DNA of 64,000 bases from Euglena gracilis (lineage: Eukaryota). Positions 52,203 through 64,000 of this stretch are shown one piece after another. The notes under the pieces are model-generated. The model worked only from the letters and a program-made list of their open reading frames with translations, had not been told where the DNA came from and ran no database searches. Position numbers and translations under genes: made by a program. The first letter of the stretch is position 1. Each line of letters starts with the position of its first letter. The stretch lies in assembly GCA_039621445.1 (NCBI GenBank), contig CP154954.1, forward strand, positions 12,952,716 through 13,016,715, written 5' to 3'.

Positions 52203-53219
52203 CAACCATGCCAACAGAAATGTATTTGTTTAGTCTCCAAAGCTGGTTGCTGTTTGTCTCTGCGGAGCACATTCTTAAATCTCTGTGGGTTAATGCCCAT
52301 TGGTTTCTTTGTGTGCCTCACAAATTGCACGGCATAGGCAGTTTGATGAAGTCTGACCGCTCTTTTGAAGGGCAAGGATGGATGGACGTTGTATGTTTCC
52401 AGAAAGGGTGGATTTATTTCCTTAAGGACCGCCCCCCTTTCGGCCAAAGGGCCGGCCAAGGGTCAGGCTGGGACTTGAACGGGGGCAAAATTTTAACAGT
52501 CAATAAAACACAGTTTTCGATGATTTGGGTGGATGGGCGATGGTTCAAGGGTGCCAGGAATCAATTTTTTTCCTGATGTCGACCTGTTCTCGCTGAAAAA
52601 TGCCAAAAATTCTTGCCCATTTTATTGTATATTTTTCACTGAGTGTGCTGGGACAGCAGAGTTTTTTTTTTATTTGCTTAAGGACCGCCCTGATGTTCAT
52701 GCATGGTTTTCACATACCATTGTTGCCCCACTCGCTTCTTTAATCGATGATTTGTTTGCCACATATTCTTTGCTGAAATGTCCCGCTCATGCTGCCAGGC
52801 GCCGTCGTTGGGTCGCTCACCTCAAGGCGCACCTGCATGCGGTGACATTGCCACCGCAAGTTGTGTGCACCCGATGGAACGCCTGGCGTGACATGGTTTC
52901 TGGTTGCGGAAAAGCAGAAGTCATGGTTGACCGCGCTTTGTGGCATCTAGACAACTTTCAATTGTGGGGCACGTTTCTTGCAGACGAAGCAAAGAAAATG
53001 CCGTGGAAGCCCAAGGAGTCAGAAAAGGGTAAGCAGAAATCCAAGGAGATCCCCCCGTTGTTGCATCGGGTTGCAAAGTCACAGGAAACCCATGGGAAGG
53101 GCTTGTTATTGCGGCTGGTTTTCATTTCAGACCATGGGGAGCCTTTGGATATTTGTTTGAATTGTGCGCAGGCTGACCGTCCTGTAGCTTGTTATTTGTA
53201 TGACTATTTGATGAACCTC

Positions 53220-53293
53220 AACCAAGCTTTTGCTCAATCACGTTGTTACAATGGTTTTTTTGACATAATCTTTTTGAGCAATCGCTTTTCATC
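53220..53293 (+). other. Candidate non-conventional (non GT-AG) intron, 74 nt
   Basis: tcaa direct repeat; stem aagc..ttgctcaa / ttgagcaa..gctt; C|A at both junctions. Removal joins the two ORFs as YLMNLKALWDSTISSAQFSPRLEEQL. Confidence 0.65.
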
Positions 53294-53370
53294 AAGGCGC
53301 TTTGGGACAGCACAATTTCATCTGCGCAGTTTTCACCCCGCTTGGAAGAGCAACTGACCCTTCTTTCATC

Positions 53371-53406
53371 GTTCAGGACCCTTTTTTTCAAAAGGGTCCT
53401 AGTTCA
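53371..53406 (+). other. Candidate non-conventional intron, 36 nt
   Basis: CAG at +4..+6 and CTA at -8..-6; 11-bp stem aggaccctttt / aaaagggtcct. In-frame removal gives LLSSVQAQFLRD. Confidence 0.55.
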
Positions 53407-54120
53407 GGTGCAAGCCCAGTTTCTGCGTGATATGTTCATCAGAGTTTTGAAATCGTTGCAGGACGGTTTGAATGTTCGCTTTGAGAAAAGCAAGGAACAA
53501 ATTGAGTTTTATCGTCAACTTCGTGTGCTCAACCCAAATAATTTGCCTCTTATGTCATCAGCTCCCACAGATTACTCAGCGTTGCGTTTGGATGGATGTG
53601 ATGAAGATTTCATACAATATTTGCAATGCACAAAAAGGGATATTGACGGCCCAGAGGAGTTAATTGAATGGTGGAAGACACACCGGACATCTCTTTTTCG
53701 TGAACGTGTTTTGTTTCTGATTTCCTCCCCGGTCGCCACTGCAAGTGTGGAAAGGTTTTTTTCCATTTGCGGACAGCTGGATGCCGATCAGTGGGCTTTG
53801 TCACATAATGCACGGAGGTTGGAATTCATGCTTCAATTTAATGGTGATTTGTCTGGGCGTTTCACCTCCCTCTGTGTGGGTTTCTGTGTAAACAAACAGG
53901 GCACTTTTTACATGGAAACCCGCACACCCACCCTGTTCTAAAATCAAATGTGAGTGTTGCATTGCACCCTGTGAGCTTTATTGTAAATCCAGAGAAGATG
54001 TTGCTGTTTTTTTTAATGTCTCAAGAATATAAGGGCTCAGTTGTTGTCAAATGTGGTCATGGAGTCAATCAGACAAACATAATTGAGCCAAGGGGTACAT
54101 TGTGTGATTGACAAGACCTC

Positions 54121-54841
54121 CTAGGCGGAAAACCGTGCACTTGCCGTGCGGAGCATCATCGTCACGCCAACCGAACTGACGGGGAACAGAGTAGGCACCC
54201 TGAACCCAGCGCGGTGAAGTTGCGGTTGTAGCTGGACTGGGCGGGGTCCGTGCCCTACCGCAGCCAGCAGAAGTTGTCTAGCCACGGCACACACTGGTGG
54301 CCGTCCAACGCCCGCAGCACCGCCTCCCGGGCCTTCCGGGCCCGCTCCCGCACCAGCTCCTCGGTGGGGCCCACCTGCCCGGCGGGGCGCAGCAGCCAGC
54401 GAGTGGCGTGGGGCAAGTCCTGCAGCGTCTGCTGCGCCGGAGCGGGGGCGCTGCTCCGGCTCCCCCGGAGCAGGAGCAGCGCTGCTCCGGCTCTGCTGGA
54501 GCCGGAGCAGCGCATGACCACCTCGCCGGCATGACCACCTCGCCGTCGCAGCGTCCGCCACAGCGCCAGCAGTCCGTCCGTGAACCGGGCCATCCACATC
54601 GGCCGTTCTGAGGGGGGCCGGTTGTACTCCCGCCAGACCTCCCTCAGGCTGCGACGGGATCGGCGGTTGTCCCTGACGGCCAGACGACCCGTATCCACCA
54701 GGTTGATGGCTCCCTGGTGACCCCGGTGAAGGGCGTCCTCCAGGATCGCCCAGCCGTCAGCCGGGGGGTGGGGGGGGCACCGGCCAGGTACTCCCGCAGT
54801 TGCTCCGGCTGCAATACAAGCGTCTCAGAGGTGGCCGCCAT
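54121..54841 (-). pseudogene. Decayed GC-rich ORF, unknown (possibly transposon-related) protein
   Basis: MAATSETLVLQ..(frameshift in C run)..PADGWAILEDALHRGHQGAINLVDTG..EAVLRALDGHQCVPWLDNFCWLR*GTDPAQSSYNRNFTAL. GC-rich third codon positions, one stop, and a 17-bp tandem duplication at 54512-54545. Confidence 0.55.
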
Positions 54842-57800
54842 TTCTTTTCAGGGTCTGAGATCGTAAAAATTTTCAAGCCTATTGTACACGTTCAAGAATG
54901 TGGGTGAGTGAATGGACAAAGACCACTCAGTGTATATAGATGCGGCAGTGTTTCGCTTGCCCGACAGCCCATCATCGTGTTTAAATAAGAACATCGTATT
55001 GTACGGCCACTTCAAGACCAGCGTTCGAATCTTTACGTGGGAATCCGCCCACAACTACATTCAGTTTGATTCAAACCAAACGTCATGGACATAGACCATT
55101 ACTCACTGTATTGTAAATTATTTCTACGCGGGTTTCCTCACACTGGTGAATCACACATGATTTGTCCTTCCTTATTAAAGGAAATCAGTCTTATTCTCAA
55201 GTTGGGCGGGTTCCCGTGTATATCATGGAATACTGGTGTTCAGAATGCTTAAATTCAAAGCCGGTGGGTGCAACAGGACCCAGAGTGGTTCGTACGGCGC
55301 AATCCTGAGCGCAATTACAGGTAAGACTGCCCTCCAAAACCACAGGATTTGGGATTTTGTCGCAATTCAGGGTGTTTAGTGGTACAAGTGGACGTTACAA
55401 TTCTCGCGATTTGTCCTCGCTCGCTAACGGGATGTACCGCTGCGACGTGACCTCCAGGAAAGCCCCGTATTCTGAAGGGATGTGCTGCGACTTGTGCGGA
55501 AAACCGCACAAGCTGCAGCACCAGGTCGTGGAAAGTGACTGCTTTTGGGTGGTGTTCGGGGAGCAACGGCCAGCCCTACGGATCTGTCTCGCGCACCTGT
55601 CAGGGTTCGTAAACCAGCGGTGTACCACCAACCACCCTGAGCCGCAAAAGGGTCCCAGGTAACCGTGGTGGGGAGGGGTGTATGGCACGACATCGTGCGG
55701 CCCAGACGGGCGTATGTTCCGGGTCCCTCCGGTGGCCCGGAGCCACCCCCCTCGGCGGAACTGCTACCAGCTTCCGCTTCACTTCTCCTCCGTCACGCCA
55801 TCCACAGAAAAGCGAGACAGGGACCGGTACGGACGACAACGCCGCGTACCGCGGGTATCCTGAGAGGGTACCCATCCATTCAGGGTTCGGTCAAAAAAAA
55901 GTAGGCAAGTCACCGCACCGGCGGGAACCAGTGGCGTTGCCCGCTGGGGTGGGCGGTCCTAGGGAGCTCGGCCACAAGAGGCCGTTACAGCCACTTGCCC
56001 AACCTACCTCCCTGAAAATCGCACTTGGGCCGTTCAACTTTTGCGGAACCACTGTTGGTGGTCACGTCGGCGGTTACACCAAATGAAGGCCTCGCGATCC
56101 AGATCCTGTACAAAAGCGAAGGGGGGGGGTGGCATCGGATCCGTACAGAGGAGCGCTTCACCGCTCATCGCTGGTATGTTGTACGCGGAAACCCGCACAC
56201 AACGTCCCCATCCTGAGACCACACCCACGCCCCAACCTCGCTCCCTACTCCTCTCCCTCAACAACACACACACGCCTGTCCGCTCCTCACACCCTTAAAA
56301 CCGTCCCCTACACATTCTGGTCGCAACTACTTTTGTACCACCAAACATCCAGAACGCGGAACACACACGACACGCTTGGGCAGGTCTGGGCAGCCTGTCC
56401 TGGTGGTGCGGGGAGGTCAAAGGACCACCCGGGCTCCTCACTGTCTTTTGTGTAGTCAGCACCCAAACCGTGTGTGCGGATTCTGCCCTCGTCCTCTTAC
56501 ACACACCGGACCAATTAGAACCTTCCAATTGGAAACAGATGCCACATCACCGGACCGTAGGCCCCACCCCACTCAAAACCACCCATCACATCCATACCAC
56601 CCCACCCATCACATCCATACCACCCCAATTATTTTCTCCAAAATCCCTCAATTGCTGCCCCGGCAGGGTGAAGGGGTTGGGCAGCGTCAACTGGAGGTCA
56701 CCTCACATTCTAGGGTAGGGTTTTGGGGACCGGTTGGGCAGGCACCCCTGTCCGGTGCCCGGTCTTGTTTTCTTTACCCTTTTTGCAAAAACCCACCCGA
56801 CCCTGGGTACCCCGGGCTACCCCCCTCGGGTGGTGTGCCTGCTATGGGCAGGCACCTTATGGCACCCACCCCCACCCCCCCCTGTCGGTAAAAAAAAACA
56901 ACCTCACAAGCACTTAAAGGTTCGCAAGCACTTTTGTAGTTTATGGCCAATTTCATGCCACCATCCGAGGTGTGTGCCTCTCCCGTGCACCCATAGTGCC
57001 AGTCGGTGCCCGCCAGCTGAGAAACAATGAAGAAAACCTTGTGATCCCTGCACCATTGTGTCGTGCAATGAATCACATCATCAAAAGTTGTTCAGTTTTG
57101 GGGCTAACGGAATGTTGTTTTTGACGTATTATTGTTTTTCTGTTGGGTTTTTTAATTTGGCAGCCCATTTTGCTCACTCATTTGTTGTTGTCCAGTGGTC
57201 ACCATTGTCGAGCAAATATGATGAAACAAAACAGTTGCTTTCTGAAGCACATAGCAATGCTCTGGCTGGGAGATGGCTGCACAGGCAGCTATCTCAAATG
57301 AAACGTGTCCCTACAAACCTGCTCCCTCCTATCGAATGATAGACTTTTTAAATACTCTTTGGCCATGGAAAAACGATTTAACCTCAACCCACACTTGGAC
57401 GGCATTTGCAACATTCCATCCGCCCCCACCCCCACGTTTTCCCAGGCAAGCCATCCTCCCAACAAAATGCTCTCCTCTCTGTTGCTGCCCTGCGGTGCTG
57501 ATGTGCGGGTTGAGTGGACGGGCTCCAGAGCGGCTCGGACGGCGTGCAGGCGATTGCCGTGTTTAACCGAAGGTTGGGGTGGTATTAGCCTTCCCTGGGT
57601 GGGTATGCTTTTTATGGTTGCATTGGATTGCATACAATTTGGAAATATAGGACAAAATAGTACGCCGGGTCGTCGACCATTGTTTTTGTATGGGTCTGCC
57701 GCACGCCATCGTCAAATGCTTCCACCAGACAGTGATTTCCAGAAACAAATTCATATGCTCGGGCCAACAATCAGCGATTTTTTCTTCATTACTCGTCTTT

Positions 57801-58999
57801 TTTTCCCCTGGAGATTTCATTCTTGAGGGGGTTTGTGGTCGTTGGGTTATAGAGGCATCGTTGTTGCTATTTACCATTGGCCCAGTCGCCCTCTCAGTGC
57901 CAACGAGGGCCGATTTTGCCGATACCCGTAGGGCTGGTGGGGAAGCTTGGGAATGCGGTTGTCCAGGAATCGGTTCCCGCACCCTCAATCATGAACTCCT
58001 TGGGGCCAAAGGGAATATGAAAATGAATGAAAATGGATTTGTGCGGCACAGGAAAAAATGACAGATGGGTGACACATGGCAACCCACTGGGTATTGGCAA
58101 CAGACGGTGCAGGAAGGCAGGAGAGGCATCCCCCACAGGAGACATTTCCTGTGCATCCACATGATGTACATTGCAAAATATTTAATAATTTCGAAATAGG
58201 AACACTCTGTCAGAGTCAGGGGCAGGTGCTTTTTTAGTCTTCCCCCCCCCAGGGGAGAGGGGGGCAGAGTGGGCCAGGGGCCAGGGGGTTCCCCCAGGGG
58301 GGGGGTCCAGCTCAGAGGCTGGAAAATTTGGGCTGGCTAGAAAAAGACTCCTGGCTGACGCCCCCCCCCCCAGGGGGTCCTGGACTGGAGCTGGGCGCGT
58401 GCACCTCGTGCAGCACCGCATGCGCCGCATGGCGCACCGTGTGCACCATGTACATTTTTTTCCAGAAATTCTCTGCATGAAATTACTCAGTTGATTTTGC
58501 CGTGCTGAAGCTGGAAAAACTGTGCTGGCTGGATCCCTTGGACCCGGCTGGCACCCGAAAGCTGGCAAAAAGGCCCAAATACACCTGTCTTGGGTTTTTT
58601 TCCGGCCAGTTTATTGAGGTGTGAATTTAAATAACGACAAAAAAGGGAATTTGACATTCTTTTTGGCCATTATGGACCTCTTTTAATCATTTTTTTTGGT
58701 TCTGGCCGGTTTTGCTGCCCTGTGAAGATTTTATTGACACTCACTCACTCTTTGGGGGGGGGGTGTCAGCCATCCGAATGGCAGTTGTTCGCTTGAAAAA
58801 ACGGTGCTGGCTCGGACTCCCCGGCAGGGGTGGGGGCAGGGGGGTCCATTCCCAGCCTTGACGATGAAAAATGTATGACATTGTTACAAGTATCATTGTG
58901 TGGTTTTGAATCATGATTATTTTGGATTGGCATACCCTCCTGAACCTCCGGCCAATTACGTGCCGGCTGGAACACCAAATTCAGAATGAACCATGGAAC

Positions 59000-59108
59000 C
59001 AGGCTTCTTTTTAAGTCAGCAGCCCCCCCTCCCCCCCCCCGGGGGGGGAGGGGGGTGGGTGGGTCCGTGCCGGACCCCCCGGGGGGGGGGGTCCCGCGCA
59101 GGAGACGC
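59000..59108. mobile_element. Truncated copy of the 28354 MITE family, copy C only
   Basis: Starts caggcttctttttaagtca; absent at paralog 29345. Confidence 0.7.
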
Positions 59109-61056
59109 TCGTGTAAGGGACCACATATGCACAGTGGCCTGGGGCTGCTGAAGCTCTTGCAGTCCCATCACCGCCAGTTGGCCATCCAAGTCGGCAGAGC
59201 TCTTGCTGATAACTAAGGTTCATTTATTACCATTTGAACCAATTGCCATAGTTAAGGTGCATTTACTAATATTCGAACTCCAAGCCTCCAAGCCAATACA
59301 CCTTTGTTGGGTTTTATACCAATTTTAAAAATGTTTTATATTTGTTCTATGTTCCATTTTTTTCACATTCTGGCTTTATGTGCAATAACATAACTCCTCC
59401 CTCCCGGTTTCTGATGATTCTAGGTCCAGTCCATCTTCCCTGACCTTTTGGATCCTTTTTGCCAGGGCTCCTAGTTTCAAAGGTACCAACTCCTTCCACA
59501 TTGGTTGACCAGTTTGACTGAGCCCAGTGTGTGTGATTGCGTATTTTTGCAACTTTTGGTCCACCGCCCTTGCGTGACGAAAAACTTTGAGCATCTTCCC
59601 ACTTGTTCGTTTTGTGTTGTTGTTGTTGTTGTTGGTTTTTCCTGTCTTTTTTTGCTGCATTTGGCCAGGCAAAAATGCATTCCAACAACGTGTGAAGTGT
59701 TCCATGGGTCATTCCCAAGTTAAAGCGCGCCCACCTCACTGCTCCATACCAGCAAAGGCTCTTCAAGGACGAAAGGACATCCCCACCGACGTCACCGTTC
59801 ATGTCTGTTAGCCCCGGCCTCCATTCCCTGGCTGATATGTCCCGCTGCAGGGTTCTCCTGTAATGTAAAAGAGTGGTTATGAGTTTTTTTGTCATTGTTG
59901 TGTGTGTGTGTGTGTGCTTGAGTGTGTCTGTCTGTATATTGACAAGCATAAATAATTTGGGCGTCCAAAGTCGGGGGACAGGGCGCTGTAAGTTGGGTAG
60001 GATGTAAGTTTTTGGTGTGTAATTTTGGACAGCAACATATTATGCAAGCTGTTTATGAGTTGCACCGAATGTTTATTCTCACATGGGGCAGGGGATTGGT
60101 TAGGTTCCGGTTCCGGGTTCCCCCCATTGGTATTTTTCCCTCCTAAATTCGCTTGATATGAGAGGGAGTTCTTGCCAACAATATCAGAACAATAAGAACT
60201 CAGAACAATAATAAAAATTGTACCGTGTGTTTGTCAAAAGCAGGCTGCTATTCCAGTGTGACCCTGTCCTTGCCTTGCACACCCCACTCCCTCCAGCCCC
60301 GCCAGCTCGGACAGCAGTGTTGGGACCCACGGTCCATTCGGCAGGAGCCCTCCGCTCACCCCGGCGGTGACTACGCCACCCGTTCTTCCACGGTGGTCGT
60401 GTGGCTCTGTTGATTGCCACCGACTTCGCCTTATCATGAAAACCACACAACTGCCGATACTGGAATTCTTGTCCAGCTGAAGAGGTGGAAGGTTTCTGAA
60501 TTTTAGAAATGGAAAGGCAATGTAAAATAACCGTATTGCTTTAGTGCTTCCGAGAGTATACCGTAAAGTGCTTGGTGGAGGTCTTAAATGCATTTTTTTC
60601 TGAGGTAATAAATGTTGCATAACAATTGGTTATTTACAATATTGCTTGTGGCAGTATACGTTTTCAGTAAAGAGAAGCCTTGTCTTCTTTTCTTGCACAC
60701 TGTCAAGTGTTTTTCCTACAGTTTTTTTTGAATATTTTTTTTAGGCTCTCAATCAGGTGTAAGGTTTTGTCACCACGGTGCAATTGTGTGTGCAAAACAG
60801 ATGCTATTGCCGAATTGTATGCCATGCCACAGATAGCCCCGCTTCTTGAGGAGCCTCCCCATTTCACTGCAAAACCCTCCGACGAGGGTTACCCCACTGC
60901 ATCACAAGACAACCAGGTTTGTTTCTGTGACAATCATGTCTTGAATCGTACAGTGTCCCCTGGGAATCTCTCTCTCTCTCTCTCCTCTCTCTTCTGAATC
61001 GGTGTTGCTGGGGGTTGCCGACCATGTGTGGGTGCGTGTGTTGTCAGTCTATTGTT

Positions 61057-61129
61057 GCGGTTTCGCCCCAGGCTGGCAGGTCGGGTATCGTCAGGGGTGA
61101 CGACCCTGCCGACCCTCGTCCCCGACCGC
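61057..61129 (-). ncRNA. Type III hammerhead ribozyme (intact core), paralog of 30948-31020
   Basis: Identical by eye to 30948-31020. Confidence 0.85.
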
Positions 61130-61410
61130 TCTTGTATGTGTGGTGCAGACCGTTAAAAACGAGCTCTGCGCCACCCTCCCAGGGGGCGGGGTCGGGGGGC
61201 TGAAAAAAAAATGGCCCCCAGAAAACAAGGCAGCGCGGGACTGAAAAATGGCTCCGCTACCTACGGGGCACCCCCCGGAACAGCACCATTTGGGGAGGGC
61301 TAGTCAAGGCCCTTTTGGTGCGGAGAAAGGCAAAATTGCCGAAAAATACGGACAGTACCCGAAGGCGAGAGCGTGATCGGTGTGGTGGGCGTGTGTTGTC
61401 AGTCCATGTT

Positions 61411-61483
61411 GCGGTTTCGCCCCAAGCGGGCAGGTGGGGCATCGTTACGGGTGAAGACCCTGCCAACCCTCGTCCCCAACCGC
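61411..61483 (-). ncRNA. Type III hammerhead ribozyme, degenerate core, paralog of 31301-31373
   Basis: Identical by eye to 31301-31373. Confidence 0.7.
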
Positions 61484-64000
61484 TCTTGTCTGGGTGTTGT
61501 CAGCCTGGGTGGGTTGGTTGCTGGATGGCTGGCTGGACTCCGAGGGTGGGGTCCCCTCCGTCTTTTAGAAAACCCTTGCATACCCCAGTACCCCAGTACC
61601 CCAATACCCCAGTACCCCAGTACCCCAGTGGCACTGTTCATTCATTCGTTTTGTTTGAGAAGTTGTAGTTGGTCCGTTTACAATTTCGGTGCCGTTCCAC
61701 CCAGCAGGATGGACAGCGAAGCCACCTGCTGCTGATAGCCAGTCTCCCCATTCCCTCGGTGCCCATGCCACGCCTCTGCCAATCGCGACCCTTTGCTTTG
61801 TTCATGACCCGTATTCGTTCAACTGTCCCTGGTTTGAAGCCAAGAAAATTATTCAATGTCTTTTCAGAGGAGCCTTGGAAGCACAATCCAGTCATTTTTT
61901 TTTCTGCTTTTCAAGTTGTATTTGCCGTCTTCCAGCAACCCCCCAACCAGCAGTTTCTTATTTTGGCTTGCTGGATCCCCGGATTCTGAAACAGCCAGAG
62001 AATCAGCAATTCATCAAGCGTTTTTATTGTGGCCAACCAACCCACGACCCCCACACTCAAGAGAAGTTTGGCCAGCTATTTTTTTTGTTTCTAACGTCTT
62101 TCTACAACGAGTTGCATGGTCGTCAGGGCATTTCTTTTTGTAAGTGTGTGTCGTAAATGTTATGGCGTAATGTACACCACTTTTTTTCTCAAAAAGGAGT
62201 TTGAAGTCAATTCCTTCAGTATTATTTTTAGGTTTGCTTGGAAACCAATTTGCAAAAATTTTGTCATGTTGATACCAGGGACTGCGCCAACGGACCCCGT
62301 GCCATATGCTGACGACACATCCCAGCACCTTCCTCTCGGCCTGAGAATGGAACGCCAAGTAAAAACCCTTGTGTTATCAGTGGGGTTTGTCACCAAAGAC
62401 ATTGGCTGAGCAATGTATAATTTAATAAGGGACAATCAAAAAAGGCTTTGGGTGATATACAAAAGGCTTTGGGTCAATATTTCAACCTCATTGTGCAAAG
62501 TGCATAACCCCCCAGGAGCACCAGGAAAAAACAGCGCACATGCCCTTGCGGGGGGGGGGGGTAAGCAAAAAATGACTCAGAAAAAATTGCTGTTAAGGAA
62601 TTTTCTTTTGTCGGTGCGAATGCTCGCAATGTTTTTCTACGACCATCCTGTGTGTCCGCTCTATGTGCAATTTTGTATGTTTTATCTCCTTCACCAATCA
62701 TTTTCATGAAAATGATGTAAAAACAGAGCTATATTATATTTTTTTTTGCATGCAGCTGTTCTTCGTTTTCACATTGCACACTGTTCCCATTCACAAACCT
62801 TAAACAATTTACACTGAAAACAGGAAAAAAGGTAGCTGTACATTTCATGAGGCAAACGAAAGAACAAGCAGCATGTTTTCCACAATTTCAGCCGAAGGGA
62901 TGGATTGCGCAAATGCGTTACACTGACCATGTGCATATTTGCACACACCATCCATTTGTGTACAGACCCCGAGGCAGGTAAAAGCAAAAACGTTCATCAA
63001 AAATTCCAGGGAGAAGCAGGAGAGAAACAATGGGTGTAGGGTGTGTGTAGGGGGGAGGGTTCCGGGACTGTCGTGCATATCAGGGATTTTGTGTCGTGCA
63101 GAAATAAAAAAGCCAAAAAAAGAAATTCGGCCAAAGTTGTGGAGTGACAGCCCCAAAAAAAGAGAATTCGCTCAGATCTCTCGCACTCGTGAACCCCCTC
63201 GATCCAATTTCTCAAAGTTCTTGACTTCCTTGCGAAGAAATAAAATTCCGGACGTGTATGTGTTTGCGCACACCAAACAAAAGAAGTTTATTTGTGAGTT
63301 ATGCCGTCCAAGTCAGTGAAAAAAGTGTGCTCCTGGCATTTCATTCAGTTTCAGTTCCAGGTTAAATCAATTTCAATTCAAAATCAGTTTCAATCAATTT
63401 CAGTCAGTTTGGCACCCACCCACCCACTGTCGGAAAGGGCTGTTGGGGCCAATATGGCTTTGGTCTTTACATTCCATTGGTCGGCCATTCCCATGTTTTC
63501 CCTCCACCGCGTGTCCAGATCACAGCCTCGGTAGCCATATAGCCACCGTGCAGGCCATGTTTGCCGCCTTTTTTTTTAGGTCACCCCTCCTGCTACAAGT
63601 TCACATGTGCTGCTTCTCTTTTCCAGTCACTCCCATTGTCCATCACCCTTTCTTATCTCCCCCAATTCTCTTTCTGGATTCTGTTTCTGATTCTTTCTTT
63701 TTTATATTTATATTTATTTGAATTATTTTAATGCCAGAAAATAGAACAACGTCAGTGGGATGTGGGGAAAATTGCGATTCTTTTTGGAAGAGCATTTGGA
63801 AGGCCCCTCACACATGCTCCCATCAACAACTATCCCAGATGATTCTGGGCCTGTTCCACTGGAACTTGGTGCTCCAGATTGGCGGATGTGTTGCAAGTGT
63901 GTTATTTGGGCAGCCAGACAGACAGGCAGACAAATAAACCGAGACAGAAAGAGTGAGAGGGAGGGGTGGGATAGGTGGGTCTGGGGCTTTCGGGAATCCC

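Larger units (their letters stand above)
51620..53941 (+). pseudogene. hAT-superfamily transposase, 5'-truncated and interrupted
   Basis: AAAEGWK (degenerate first Asp, frameshifted), AAADR, HWFLCVPHKLH (CxxH), LPPQVVCTRWNAW, RVLNP, and the C-terminal dimerisation motif EWWK..SSPVATASVERFFS..FNGD. Subterminal aaaatggcct repeats lie at 51255-51295. Confidence 0.9.
56481..64000. repeat. Segmental repeat copy C (truncated by window end)
   Basis: Near-identical to 26895-33780 apart from indels (extra 57945-58395, 59000-59108, 59390-59615, 59979-60141, 62478-62730) and one inversion. Confidence 0.92.

Noticed and set aside
53011-53048. ccaaggag direct repeat 30 nt apart as another intron
   Set aside because: No stem; in frame and plausible as a lysine-rich loop.
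53226-53401. Alternative 58-nt plus 31-nt splice model using gctttt and gttcagg repeats
   Set aside because: It also restores the frame, but the 74 plus 36 model fits the stem register and gives a more transposase-like peptide. cDNA is needed to settle it.

Overview
Repeat-saturated eukaryotic nuclear DNA with no intact host gene that I can recognise. Intron geometry suggests a euglenid, but that is inference. The window is three diverged, same-orientation copies of a ~20-24 kb mosaic block (A ~2207-22903, B ~26895-51237, C 56481->64000), separated by unrelated 4-5 kb spacers. The copies differ by MITE insertions, deletions and several micro-inversions. Recognisable coding remnants are two hAT transposase pseudogenes (15460-16470 and ~51620-53941), a probable SGNH-hydrolase fragment and two unidentified decayed GC-rich genes. 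Two signals stand out. (1) A pair of type III hammerhead ribozymes on the minus strand, 353-354 nt apart, with a Watson-Crick loop1-loop2 pseudoknot, in both copies B and C; this is a retrozyme/circRNA-like unit. (2) Short stem-loop, non-GT-AG intron-like inserts in the transposase genes whose removal restores frame and motif spacing. All alignments, folds and translations were done by eye, and block boundaries are approximate.
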